Assembly: GCF_010672085.1 (NCBI RefSeq)
Contig: NZ_JAAHHT010000051.1
Span: 934-33,165 of the forward strand
Direction of reading: 5' to 3'
Length of the DNA stretch: 32,232 nucleotides
Origin: Okeania sp. SIO3I5
GTDB lineage: Bacteria > Cyanobacteriota > Cyanobacteriia > Cyanobacteriales > Microcoleaceae
Below, in pieces: positions 17,977 through 27,184 of this stretch. The notes under the pieces were generated by a model that ran no database searches, had not been told where the DNA came from, and worked only from the letters and a program-made list of their open reading frames with translations. Made by a program: the position numbers and the translations under genes. The stretch's first letter is position 1. Every line of letters begins with the position of its first letter.

Positions 17977-19287
17977 ATGTCTTCTTTAGATTCTCAAACT
18001 ATCAATTTTATTCAAAAAATACAACAGCAAATAGCGTCTCTATTGTTATATCAATCTGTTTTAAAAAAAACAGTAGGTGAAGCTTTTATTCAGCTATTAC
18101 AATCTTTGTCTAAAAATGATAGAACTGAAATAGAATACCTTCTAGCTTATGGCAACTGGTTTAGAACTATTGCTAGTCAAAATATTTCCTGGCAAGAATA
18201 TCTAATTTCTCAGATTCTTCAGGATGATAATCCTTTTAGTCAACAAGTTCAAAAAATAGATATTAATACCCTATCTCCAAATTTAATTGCAGCAGCAAAA
18301 CATGATTTACGAATCTTACAAAACCTTTATCAGCTAAGTGGTTACAAAATTAGTAGCTGGGTAGACACAATAGGTAAATTAAACTACACTCCCGTTGCTT
18401 GGGAATTAGAATCAGAAAGAAAAGAACCTATTTATGAACAGTTAAGAAATTTACAAAATTGGTCGGATGCTATTGAGATTTTAGCTACTCATTATCGTCA
18501 TTTTGGTACGGGTTTATTTGCTGAATCAATTGCTTTTGAATGGCGTAATGGTGAACTATTAACTATTACCTATCCCGATCCAGTTAAATTAAAAGAATTA
18601 GTAGGATATGAATTTCAACGAGATACTTTAATTAAAAATACAGAATTTCTCCTAGCAGGATATCCAGCACTTAATGTTTTACTTTATGGTAGTCGTGGTT
18701 CGGGGAAATCTTCCTTAGTAAAAGGTTTATTAAATGAGTATAGTCAACGCAATCTCCGTTTAGTTGAAGTAGCTAAATCAGATTTAAAAGATTTACCATT
18801 AATTATTGAAAAATTACGGAATGTTCCACAAAAATTTATTATCTTTGTTGATGACCTTTCCTTTGAAGAAGATGATGATACCTTTAAAGCTTTAAAAGTT
18901 GTTTTAGAAGGTAATTTAACTGCCAGACCAGCAAATGTGGTAGTCTATGCTACATCAAATAGAAGGCATTTAATAAGAGAATTCTTTAACGATCGCCCTC
19001 GCCCAAAAGATAGTGATGAAATTCATAATTGGGATACAGTTCAAGAAAAGCTTTCTTTTAGCGATCGCTTTGGTTTAACTTTAACTTTTGAACCTGCTAA
19101 CCAAGATACTTATTTAACAATTGTCAGACATCTGGCAAAGCAAGAAAAAATCAATCTAAATCCTAAAGATTTAGACTATCAAGCATTACAATGGGCAACT
19201 AGAAATAATGGTCGTTCTGGGCGAACGGCACGACAATTTATTGATTTTCTCAAAGCTAATGAACAATTAATAATGGATAATGGATAA
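17977..19287 (+). CDS. P-loop ATPase of the DUF815-like family (436 aa)
   Basis: Complete ORF. Walker A is 'LLYGSRGSGKSSLV' and Walker B is 'FIIFVDDLSFEEDDD'. 'VVVYATSNRRHLI' resembles the sensor region. The gene is flanked on both sides by AT heptamer arrays. Confidence 0.7.
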   Translation: MSSLDSQTINFIQKIQQQIASLLLYQSVLKKTVGEAFIQLLQSLSKNDRTEIEYLLAYGNWFRTIASQNISWQEYLISQILQDDNPFSQQVQKIDINTLSPNLIAAAKHDLRILQNLYQLSGYKISSWVDTIGKLNYTPVAWELESERKEPIYEQLRNLQNWSDAIEILATHYRHFGTGLFAESIAFEWRNGELLTITYPDPVKLKELVGYEFQRDTLIKNTEFLLAGYPALNVLLYGSRGSGKSSLVKGLLNEYSQRNLRLVEVAKSDLKDLPLIIEKLRNVPQKFIIFVDDLSFEEDDDTFKALKVVLEGNLTARPANVVVYATSNRRHLIREFFNDRPRPKDSDEIHNWDTVQEKLSFSDRFGLTLTFEPANQDTYLTIVRHLAKQEKINLNPKDLDYQALQWATRNNGRSGRTARQFIDFLKANEQLIMDNG

Positions 19288-19436
19288 TGGATAATTGATA
19301 ATTGATAATTAACTAGCTATTAGCTTTTAGCATTTCCGTTACAGAATGCTATGCAAACAGCTAACAGCTTGTAGGGGCGAATGGCCATTCTTATTGTTGG
19401 GTTTAAATCCCTGGTTTCTATAAACCGGAAGGTTGA

Positions 19437-19560
19437 GGAGAGTTCAACAATTAATAATTACCTCTCCTGAAAAGGGAGAGGATTGACCAAGAAGGAAAAA
19501 AATTTCTTTTCTCCCTCTTGAAAGGGGCAACTGTTAACCTTAATTATTTAATTATTAATT
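19437..19560 (+). repeat. ACCTCTCC-hairpin MITE-like unit followed by (AATTATT)n
   Basis: The unit reads 'taattacctctcctgaaaagggagaggattgaccaag...ctccctcttgaaaggggcaactgttaacc' and is followed by 'ttaattatttaattattaattattaattattcattattcattatt'. Confidence 0.5.
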
Positions 19561-19771
19561 ATTAATTATTCATTATTCATTATTTTGTATCATTCTTTTT
19601 TCGCACTGATATTAACAACTAAGTTTAAATGAATATAAACTTTAAGGTCAGGGGGGATAGCTTTTGTAGTAAGATTTATTCTGAATAAATAAAGCAATAG
19701 CTGAATGCTGAATGCTGAAGACTGAAGGCTAAATGCTGAAGACTAAATGCTGATAAAATGAGGTAACTAAA

Positions 19772-20218
19772 ATGGGTCTTTTTGATCAAGGAACAGCAAC
19801 AATACAAGCTACTGATATTAAGTTAGAACCTGCTGAAGCTTTTGCAGCGATCGCTTTAATTGCTGTAGCTGCTGATGGTATTATTACTGATAGTGAAAAA
19901 CAAGGTTTTAGTAAGATTTTCTCTCGCATGGAACTGTTTAGTAATTATTCAGATGAAGGCAAGAGAGAAATGTTAGATCGTCTCTTAGGTATGATTAAGA
20001 ATAAGGAAATTAAGCCTTTGTTTGATGCTGCAGTTATTAAACTTCCTCAAGAGTTAAAGGAAACAGTTTTTGCTGTTAGTACAGACTTAGTTTTAGCAGA
20101 TAGAGACCTTGCTGAAGAGGAAGAACAACTTTTGAATGAATTGTATAATGCTTTGGAAATTTCTGAAGCAGTTGCTACTAAGATTATTGATGTAATAATG
20201 ATTAAAAATAAAGGTTAA
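19772..20218 (+). CDS. TerB-like (tellurite-resistance TerB family) protein, 148 aa
   Basis: Complete ORF with GAGGT upstream. Two TerB-type amphipathic halves are present: 'AFAAIALIAVAADGIITDSEKQ' and 'FAVSTDLVLADRDLAEEEEQLLNEL'. Confidence 0.6.
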   Translation: MGLFDQGTATIQATDIKLEPAEAFAAIALIAVAADGIITDSEKQGFSKIFSRMELFSNYSDEGKREMLDRLLGMIKNKEIKPLFDAAVIKLPQELKETVFAVSTDLVLADRDLAEEEEQLLNELYNALEISEAVATKIIDVIMIKNKG

Positions 20219-20899
20219 TTTCAGTTATCAGTTATCAGTTATCAGTTATCAGTACCGACCCCTGAAACTGGTGGCTTCAAATATGAAATTTCTTTTTTTA
20301 TATCCTGGAAAAGGGAAGTTTGAAAGGCTATTTATTGTTTAATAGGTAATAAGAAAGAACAAACCTGTAATTATAATTCACTAGGTCATAATGGGTTGAA
20401 GTCTCTCATGCTTATTGCCTTTTTTCTCCTGCTTTACTTTAAAAAAATAATTTGATTAATACGCAATTAAAAATGCTAAATTAAGTTTTAGTAATTCCTG
20501 ATTTTTCCATAAAAGTTTTGGCTAAAATTTAGACATTTTATATTAAGTCAAATTGATCAATAAGAGATGAAAAAATTTCAAAGTATTTGCCTAGATTAAG
20601 ATTTGAGGATAGGATAAAAGTATCCTTTAATCGCCGGATTTGGTATTACTGTTTCTGAGTTTTACAGCAATGCATGAGGATAGTGAGGTACACTTATAGG
20701 ACTATTCTTATATTTCCTATTTCCTATTTCCTGTTCCCTTTTCCCTTTTCCCTTTTCCCTCTTCCCTAGAGCAATAAAACTTTGTACCTCATCAACTATA
20801 AAACTGCTGTAAATCCTATGTAATGCAAAGGAGAAGCAAACCCCTATTTCGTATTCTTCAATATATTATCTATCTTCACTATTCGATTTATTTTTATCA

Positions 20900-21316
20900 A
20901 TGTCTTTTTACTATAAAAGAATAGTTCATTTTCAAGATACTGATGCTGCGGGTGTGGTTTATTTTGCTAATGTTTTAGCAATTTGCCATGAAGCTTATGA
21001 GAAATCTTTAATAGAATTTGGTATTAATTTGAAGGTTTTTTTTACTAATCAAGAAGTTGCTATTCCAATTATTCATGCTGATGTTGATTTTCGTCGTCCG
21101 ATGTTTTGTGGCGATGAGTTAACTATTGAATTAATTCCTAAAAGTTGGGGAGATGATGAGTTTGAAATTTATTATCAAGTCTTTTTAAAAGAGATGGGAG
21201 AAAAGTGGGTGGCGAGAGCTAATACGAAGCACGTTTGTATCAATCCTCAAACTAGAAGTAGGCAGAAATTATCTGATGAAATTAGGGGATGGTTATTGAG
21301 TTTTGAAAGTTCGTAG
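20900..21316 (+). CDS. Hotdog-fold (4HBT-type) acyl-CoA thioesterase; resembles cyanobacterial 1,4-dihydroxy-2-naphthoyl-CoA hydrolase of phylloquinone synthesis
   Basis: N-terminal 'YKRIVHFQDTDAAGVVYFANVLAICHEAYEKSL' matches the 4HBT/DHNA-CoA thioesterase signature (the FxDTDxxGVV..AN motif with the catalytic Asp). Length 138 aa. Confidence 0.7.
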   Translation: MSFYYKRIVHFQDTDAAGVVYFANVLAICHEAYEKSLIEFGINLKVFFTNQEVAIPIIHADVDFRRPMFCGDELTIELIPKSWGDDEFEIYYQVFLKEMGEKWVARANTKHVCINPQTRSRQKLSDEIRGWLLSFESS

Positions 21317-21439
21317 TTTGGCGAAAATCAAGGAAAAGAAAATGATAGATATGTTTAAACATTTTTTTTGATTTAATAAGTCTTCTTTTGAGGATAGGAT
21401 TTACAATCTTTTTATTTATAAAACCTATTTGTTATCTTT

Positions 21440-22605
21440 TATATTTATTTTCCTTTCTACAATGTTTGCGCGATCGCCTAGGGATAATAAGAATTTTTGA
21501 GTTGAATAAAAAGTCATGCGTATGGGCGAGCTAACCCATATACCTTTTATGATATCACAAAAATTGTCAGGATGGAGCCGAAAATCCTTTGACGCGCTAA
21601 AATTTTTCAGGAGCTTCAGAAAATGACAATGTTATTGGTTTTCCACTCTACAATATTTGCTCGAATATTTGCGCGATCGCCAATAGGCAATAATCTTTTG
21701 AGTTGAATAAATAGTCATGCGTATAGGCAAGTTACCCCTGATAACTTTTATGATATCACAAAAATTGTGAGGATGGAACCGAAAATCCTTTGACCCGCTG
21801 AAATTTTTTAGGAGCTTCACAAAATGACAATGTTATTGATTTTCCACTGAGCAGCTATAGATGGAAAGATTCGACGATGGGAAAAACAAACATATTATAT
21901 TTATGGGAAGCTCTCACAAAATGAAGATATTTCTGGCATTGCTTTGCCAAAGAAAATTCCTAAATACTTGCATTGTCTATTACCAAAGAAATTTGGTTGA
22001 ATAAATAGTCATGCGTATAGGCAAGTTACCCCTGATAACTTTTATGATATCACAAAAATTGTGAGGATGGAACCGAAAATCCTTTGACCCGCTGAATTTT
22101 TTTAGGAGCTTCACAAAATGACAATGTTATTGGTTTTCCACTGAGCAGAGATAGATGGAAAGATTCGACGATGGGAAAAACAAACATATTATATTTATGG
22201 GAAGCTCTCACAAAATGAAGATATTTCTGGCATTGCTTTGTCAAAGAAAATTCCTAAATACTTGCATTGTCTATTACCAAAGAAATTTGGTTGAATAAAT
22301 AGTCATGCGTATAGGCAAGTTACCCCTGATAACTTTTATGATATCACAAAAATTGTCAGGATGGAGCCGAAAATCCTTTGACCCGCTGAATTTTTTTAGG
22401 AGCTTCACAAAATGACAATGTTATTGGTTTTCCACTGAGCAGAGATAGATGGAAAGATTCGACGATGGGAAAAACAAACATATTATATTTATGGGAAGCT
22501 CTCACAAAATGAAGATATTTCTGGTATTGCTTTGCCAAAGAAAATTCCTAAATACTTGCATTGTCTATTACCAAAGAAATTGGGAAACCAAAACAAGGGA
22601 AGACT
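21440..22605. repeat. Tandem array of ~292-bp units (family 2, related to the 5170-5960 array): one short ~206-bp variant followed by three full units
   Basis: 'ttgaataaaWagtcatgcgtatRggc' recurs at 21500, 21703, 21999 and 22291. Units are more than 95% identical to each other. They are homologous to family 1 throughout (for example 'atatcacaaaaRttgtSagga...aaatcYtttgacc...ggagcttcaSaaaatga'), but diverged at about 30%. Confidence 0.75.
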
Positions 22606-22839
22606 CAAAGATGCAGGATGTTAAAAATCTTTGAATATGGTTTCGACGACTCTCATATTTAATGGGTAAAGAAAAACAAGATGCCAACCTTTCTAACTTT
22701 ACAGTTTTCTCGACTGTAATTAACCTTGCCTAAATTTTTAAAGTTTGGAATTGAGTTTTAGTCAAAGATTGTTTAATTAGCTTTTCCAGAAAAAGTTGAT
22801 AGTAATGCTGGATGATAAATATATATATATCTATATTCT

Positions 22840-24033
22840 CTACAACTTCAAACTTAACTGCTCATCAGGCGGACTAAAACCCAAATGCCTCCAACCGGCA
22901 GAAGTCACAACCCGACCACGAGGAGTACGCTGCATAAACCCAATCTGCATCAAATATGGCTCATAAACCTCCTCAATAGTTTGAGCATCCTCCCCCGTCG
23001 CTGCCGCCATAGTCTCCAAACCAGCAGGTCCCCCATTATAATTCTCAATCATCGTCCTCAATAAATTACGGTCCGTCCAATCCAAACCCAGAGGGTCAAC
23101 ATTAAACAACTCTAAAGCTTCACCTGCAACCTCAGCATTTATCGGAGTCAACTTTTTCACTTCCGAATAATCTCTCACCCTCCGCAGTAAACGATTAGCA
23201 ATTCGAGGCGTACCACGGGAACGACGGGCAACCTCCTCAGCACCATCCTCCGTAATATCCGTATTTAAAAGTTTTGCTGCTCGGATAATAATTAAACTCA
23301 GTTCATCAACCTCATAAAACCGTAACCTCTGAATAATTCCGAAGCGATCGCGTAGAGGAGAAGTCAAAGAACCAACTCTAGTAGTTGCTCCTACCAAAGT
23401 AAAAGGTTTGAGAGGAATGCTCCTAGTCTTAGAAGTTTTACCTTGCCCGACTGTAATATCGAGTCGAAAATCTTCCATCGCCGGATATAGAATTTCTTCT
23501 GTCATTTTAGAAAGGCGATGAATTTCATCTATAAACAAAATATCCCCTTTTTGTAAACCTACTAGCAAACCAACTATATCTCTAGGTTTTTCAATAGCAG
23601 GTGCAGTAGTAATTTTACAATTAACTTCCATTTCTGCTGCCAATATTAGAGACATAGTAGTTTTGCCCAATCCCGGAGGACCATACAAAAGTAAATGGTC
23701 TAGAGATTCCTTTCTAGATTTAGCTGCCGAAATCGCAATATTCAATACTTCTTTCAGGTCTTTCTGCCCAATATATTCATCTAACCTTTGAGGTCGGATT
23801 TTTTCTTCATTTTGATTACTACCTTTTTCCTCAGTAGTTGCCTCTACTGCCAATAAAGCATCTAATTCCGCTGATTCAGATTGAGATTGTGATTTTTTGG
23901 TCTTATATGAAGTTTTTTTTTCGGAGGCGAAGAAAATGTTTTCATCTGGCCTTTCTGGTTGAGGAGATTGTTTTTTAGAAGAAATTATGGCCATAACTAC
24001 AAAATTAGAGCTAACATCCTTATTATCATACAA
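22840..24033 (-). CDS. ruvB: Holliday-junction branch-migration ATPase RuvB, with an N-terminal ~60-aa low-complexity extension
   Basis: '[22 protein letters not shown]' is Walker A and '[11 protein letters not shown]' is Walker B. Also present are '[22 protein letters not shown]' and the C-terminal winged-helix region '[31 protein letters not shown]'. An alternative internal start (Met14, about 23994) is possible. Confidence 0.9.
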   Translation of the reverse strand: MYDNKDVSSNFVVMAIISSKKQSPQPERPDENIFFASEKKTSYKTKKSQSQSESAELDALLAVEATTEEKGSNQNEEKIRPQRLDEYIGQKDLKEVLNIAISAAKSRKESLDHLLLYGPPGLGKTTMSLILAAEMEVNCKITTAPAIEKPRDIVGLLVGLQKGDILFIDEIHRLSKMTEEILYPAMEDFRLDITVGQGKTSKTRSIPLKPFTLVGATTRVGSLTSPLRDRFGIIQRLRFYEVDELSLIIIRAAKLLNTDITEDGAEEVARRSRGTPRIANRLLRRVRDYSEVKKLTPINAEVAGEALELFNVDPLGLDWTDRNLLRTMIENYNGGPAGLETMAAATGEDAQTIEEVYEPYLMQIGFMQRTPRGRVVTSAGWRHLGFSPPDEQLSLKL

Positions 24034-24063
24034 AGGAGTATATTTAATATTTGTCCAAAACTT

Positions 24064-24597
24064 ATGAAATCCTTATTATCAGTACCAGAAAATATAACAT
24101 TTGAAGAAGCGATCGCCCTGACTAAAGAAATCATCTCTGAGGTAGAAATAGGCCAGCTATCGGAAACTCAAACAGAATCATTAATTGGAGATTTAGTCAA
24201 GAGTAAAAATGGTGCTAGAGGATTTTTCGTCGGTTATCTTACAGACTCTAGACCTTTAGCGGATAATCCATCACTATCAATATTCAAAGCCTTAGAATCA
24301 GCTCCAGAGATAGTGGTAGAACTATTGGTCAAAAATCTGGCCATGTGTTCGGCAATGGTAGTCCACCATCAGCGAAATCAAGATGAGGAGACAGCCAATG
24401 AATCAAAAAAAGTGCGCTCTCGAACCACGAAACTAATAAAAAGCGTTAATATTCCCAGTTTATCAGGCAATATTCAGGAATTATATCAAACTACAACTAC
24501 TGGCCAGGGAAATTACAAAGACTTTCTCAAACGTTGGGGTTATGATACTGAGCAATTAAAGGCAATTGAGCAAGCGATAGAACCTTTACTTAATTGA
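24064..24597 (+). CDS. Hypothetical protein (177 aa), divergently oriented to ruvB
   Basis: The track ORF starts at 23959 and overlaps the ruvB 5' end. The first ATG clear of ruvB is at 24064 ([10 protein letters not shown]...). There are no recognisable motifs. It ends in a (TTGATAA/TGGATAA) heptamer array. Confidence 0.5.
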   Translation: MKSLLSVPENITFEEAIALTKEIISEVEIGQLSETQTESLIGDLVKSKNGARGFFVGYLTDSRPLADNPSLSIFKALESAPEIVVELLVKNLAMCSAMVVHHQRNQDEETANESKKVRSRTTKLIKSVNIPSLSGNIQELYQTTTTGQGNYKDFLKRWGYDTEQLKAIEQAIEPLLN

Positions 24598-24628
24598 TAA
24601 TTGATAATGGATAATGAAAACTATCTCT

Positions 24629-24842
24629 AATTAGGGTTTGTTGATTAAATATAAAAGCATTTACAGATAAAGTCTAAAGTCTTTTTAGGTTGAAAAAAGT
24701 GCGTTTGTTTCAATTAAAAACGCTCAAAAAGTTAGCATTTTTGGCAAGATTTTGGAAAAAAATTACTCTTCTGCTCCTTAAAAATACTTTTTCAGCAAAC
24801 CCTAATTATCAATAAAAATACTTTTTCAGCAAACCCTAATTA
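24629..24842 (+). mobile_element. MITE-like element (AATTAGGGTTTG terminal inverted repeat family) with duplicated right terminus
   Basis: The left end 'ctaattagggtttgttgattaaat' is at 24627. The right end 'ctttttcagcaaaccctaattatcaat' occurs twice in tandem (24787-24808 and 24821-24842). Confidence 0.55.
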
Positions 24843-25104
24843 TCAATTATTAATTACCAAAAAATTGTGTAATTAATTTTGCTTATGCACTTATCAACTA
24901 TCAATTATTCATTAAACTGTTAAGCATTTAAGCCGCATATTTGTTCTGTGCGCAGTTAAGAATAAAATCCTTATTAATTCTGTACGGGTGATTCGCAAAT
25001 CATCCCTACTTCCTTCTGATTTCTGACTGGCTAAAACGCATTTTAAATGTGTCTTATATTAGGTTGCATTAATTAACCACAATACAAAAAGACGGTATAG
25101 ATAA

Positions 25105-25230
25105 TTAAGTCATCTAAAAGATGACTTAAGCTATCAGGCAAGAATTTCAATCCTTGGCGATCCATCGGGTATAATATCCGCCAAGAAATAAATTTCTGGA
25201 CTGCACAACAAAAGTCATCTAAAGATGACT
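25105..25230 (+). promoter_or_regulatory. Candidate sigma70-type promoter (TTCAAT 25146-25151, 18-bp spacer, TATAAT 25170-25175) bracketed by two copies of a palindrome AGTCATCT-N2-3-AGATGACT
   Basis: Palindrome 1 at 25105-25129 is 'TTAAGTCATCTaaaAGATGACTTAA' (11-bp perfect arms). Palindrome 2 at 25213-25230 is 'AGTCATCTaaAGATGACT'. The -10 box is itself flanked by the 7-bp inverted repeat CTTGGCG/CGCCAAG. The whole lies 90-215 bp upstream of the wzm-like start. Confidence 0.35.
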
Positions 25231-25321
25231 AAAGATAGCTAGATTTATTATGGCTAATTAATGTGACTTGATATTAGCTTATCAATTATCCATTATCAAT
25301 TATCAATTATCCATTATCCAG

Positions 25322-26173
25322 ATGAAAGGTATTGTCCGCAAAACTAGCAGGGTTAGTAATTGGCTAACCGTAGTGAATAATCATTGGTTAGTTAATCTAA
25401 ACCTGTTATTCACATTAGTAAGAAGAGACTTGGAAGCAAGATATAAAGGCTCAATTCTTGGCAATTTATGGCCACTACTCAATCAGCTATCCCAACTTTT
25501 AATTTATACCTACGTCTTCTCAATTATTCTTAAAGTTAAGCTTGACCTAAAAGGATTACCAGAAGATAGTAAACTAACTTTTGGATTATGGTTATTTGCA
25601 GGATTAATACCCTGGTTAGCTTTTACGAGTGGATTGACTCAAGCTTCTGGTTCCGTAATTACACAGCCTAATTTAGTTAAAAAAGTAGTTTTTCCCCTTA
25701 GTTTATTACCCTTAGTTCCGATTCTTTCAACATTTATAGAAAGTACATTTGGATTAATAGTTTTAACAGGAATGTTTTATATATCATCCGGGGCGATAAA
25801 TCAAACATTATGGTTACTACCGATAGTGTTTATACCTCAGCTTTTATTAACAGCAGGTTTAGGATATTTTACTGCTGGATTAACAGTATTTTTGCGAGAT
25901 ATTCCACAAACTTTAGGAGTAATTATTAATCTTTGGTTTTACGTTACACCAATAGTATATCCAGCATCAGTAATTCCAGAAAATTGGCGAATTTGGGTAT
26001 TTTGGTGTAATCCTTTAACAGCGATCGCTGAAGTATATCGTGACCTAGTATTAATAGGAGAAATTAAACACTGGGGAGAATTAGCAATTTCTGGTTTAAT
26101 CTCTGTACTAATATTTTATTTTGGCTTTTGGGTTTATCAAAAATTGCGTCCTGCTTTTGCTGATGTTTTATGA
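25322..26173 (+). CDS. wzm: ABC-2-type polysaccharide/O-antigen export permease (Wzm/KpsM/TagG family)
   Basis: The track ORF starts at 25268, inside a heptamer array. A more likely start is the ATG at 25322 (MKGIVRK...). 'LVRRDLEARYKGSILGNLWPLLNQL' is the ABC-2 signature N-terminal region. Six hydrophobic segments are present. It is followed by a Wzt-like ATPase. The symbol is inferred from context and is not certain. Confidence 0.75.
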   Translation: MKGIVRKTSRVSNWLTVVNNHWLVNLNLLFTLVRRDLEARYKGSILGNLWPLLNQLSQLLIYTYVFSIILKVKLDLKGLPEDSKLTFGLWLFAGLIPWLAFTSGLTQASGSVITQPNLVKKVVFPLSLLPLVPILSTFIESTFGLIVLTGMFYISSGAINQTLWLLPIVFIPQLLLTAGLGYFTAGLTVFLRDIPQTLGVIINLWFYVTPIVYPASVIPENWRIWVFWCNPLTAIAEVYRDLVLIGEIKHWGELAISGLISVLIFYFGFWVYQKLRPAFADVL

Positions 26174-26210
26174 GTAAGCATTCAGCATTCAGCCATCAGC
26201 TATTAGCTAT

Positions 26211-26466
26211 TAATTAGGGTTTGCTGATTAAAGTTTAAAGCTTTTACAGATAAAGGTTTTAGCCGTTTTCTGTGTTGAAGAAGTACAAGGTTTTTGCTAC
26301 GCAAGAGCTGCAAAAAGTTAGGATTAAAGGGTTAACTATTGGCATAAAAATCAAGGGATAATTCTTATTTATGCCTCCTCTAAATTCCTTAATACTCCAG
26401 TTTCAAGTCTCCTATCTCCTGACTCTTACCCTCACCCATAATACTTTTTCAGCAAACCCTAATTAC
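26211..26466 (+). mobile_element. MITE-like element with terminal inverted repeats TAATTAGGGTTTGCTGATTAAAG ... CTTTTTCAGCAAACCCTAATTA
   Basis: Both termini are present. The internal sequence 'aaaaatcaagggataattct...cctctaaattcctta...ctcctgactcttaccctcaccc' is shared with the 13263-13620 copy. Confidence 0.6.
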
Positions 26467-26589
26467 TTGCATAATCAGCAGGAATTAGTATTCAGAAATT
26501 TAAGGATAATTAAAAGTATCTAAAGGCGAGGTTTAAATGAATATTTCTTGCGGTTAAAAGAGACTGATTTTACAGAAATAATTAATAAT

Positions 26590-27060
26590 TAAACAATTAA
26601 ACAATTAGATCATTCAGGTTTAAAGCCTCCCCCTTTCAAGAGGAAAAAAATAAATTTTTTTCTTTTAGCCAATCCTCTCCCTTTTAGGGAGAGGTAATTA
26701 TCCATTATCCATTAATGAAAGTAACTTTTAATTCTCCATTGATTTGTCAATTACTTTTGCTTCCTCCATTCTGTAATAGCTAATAGCGGAATGCTTACGA
26801 AAAAAGATTAATTTTTGACAATTGCTGCAAGATATTATATACTCTTTATTTATTGCATTTTTACCGAAAAATCAAGGTCTAAAGCCTCTCCATTCATGGA
26901 GAAAAAAGCGGTCGTTTGCGAATAATTCCGTAGCATGGGATGGATGGGTTACCTAACCATATCTAATCTCCCGTTGAGAAGAAAAAAAATTCCTTTTAAC
27001 CAATACTTCTATTACAGAAGAGGTAATAATTAATAATTAATAATTAATTATTAATTATTG
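26590..27060. repeat. Two ACCTCTCC-hairpin MITE-like elements (26590-26710 in inverse orientation; 26870-27060 long variant), with AT-heptamer arrays
   Basis: The first ends 'ggaggctttaaacc ... cctcttgaaaggggg ... ccaatcctctcccttttagggagaggtaattatccattatcc'. The second reads 'aaagcctctccattcatggagaaaaaagcggtcgtttgcg...gggatggatgggttacctaaccatatctaatc...ttttaaccaatacttctattacagaagaggtaataatta'. Confidence 0.5.
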
Positions 27061-27184
27061 AATAATAGCCTTAAATTTGTCTGGGAGACTAATTGCCCCT
27101 TCAATTTGATAATAAGTTGTTAATAACTCATAACTGATAGCTGATAGCTAATAGCTGATAGCTGATAGCTTACATATAAAATCT

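Noticed and set aside
21632-22634. Track ORFs 21632..21820, 22050..22244, 22356..22538 and 22449..22634, including two near-identical 'MAKQYQKYLHFVRASHKYNMFVFPIVESFHLSL...' copies
   Set aside because: They are identical because they sit in successive units of the family-2 tandem array. There are no start or RBS context, they overlap on opposite strands, and they are better explained as repeat DNA (possible sRNA units) than as duplicated peptide genes.
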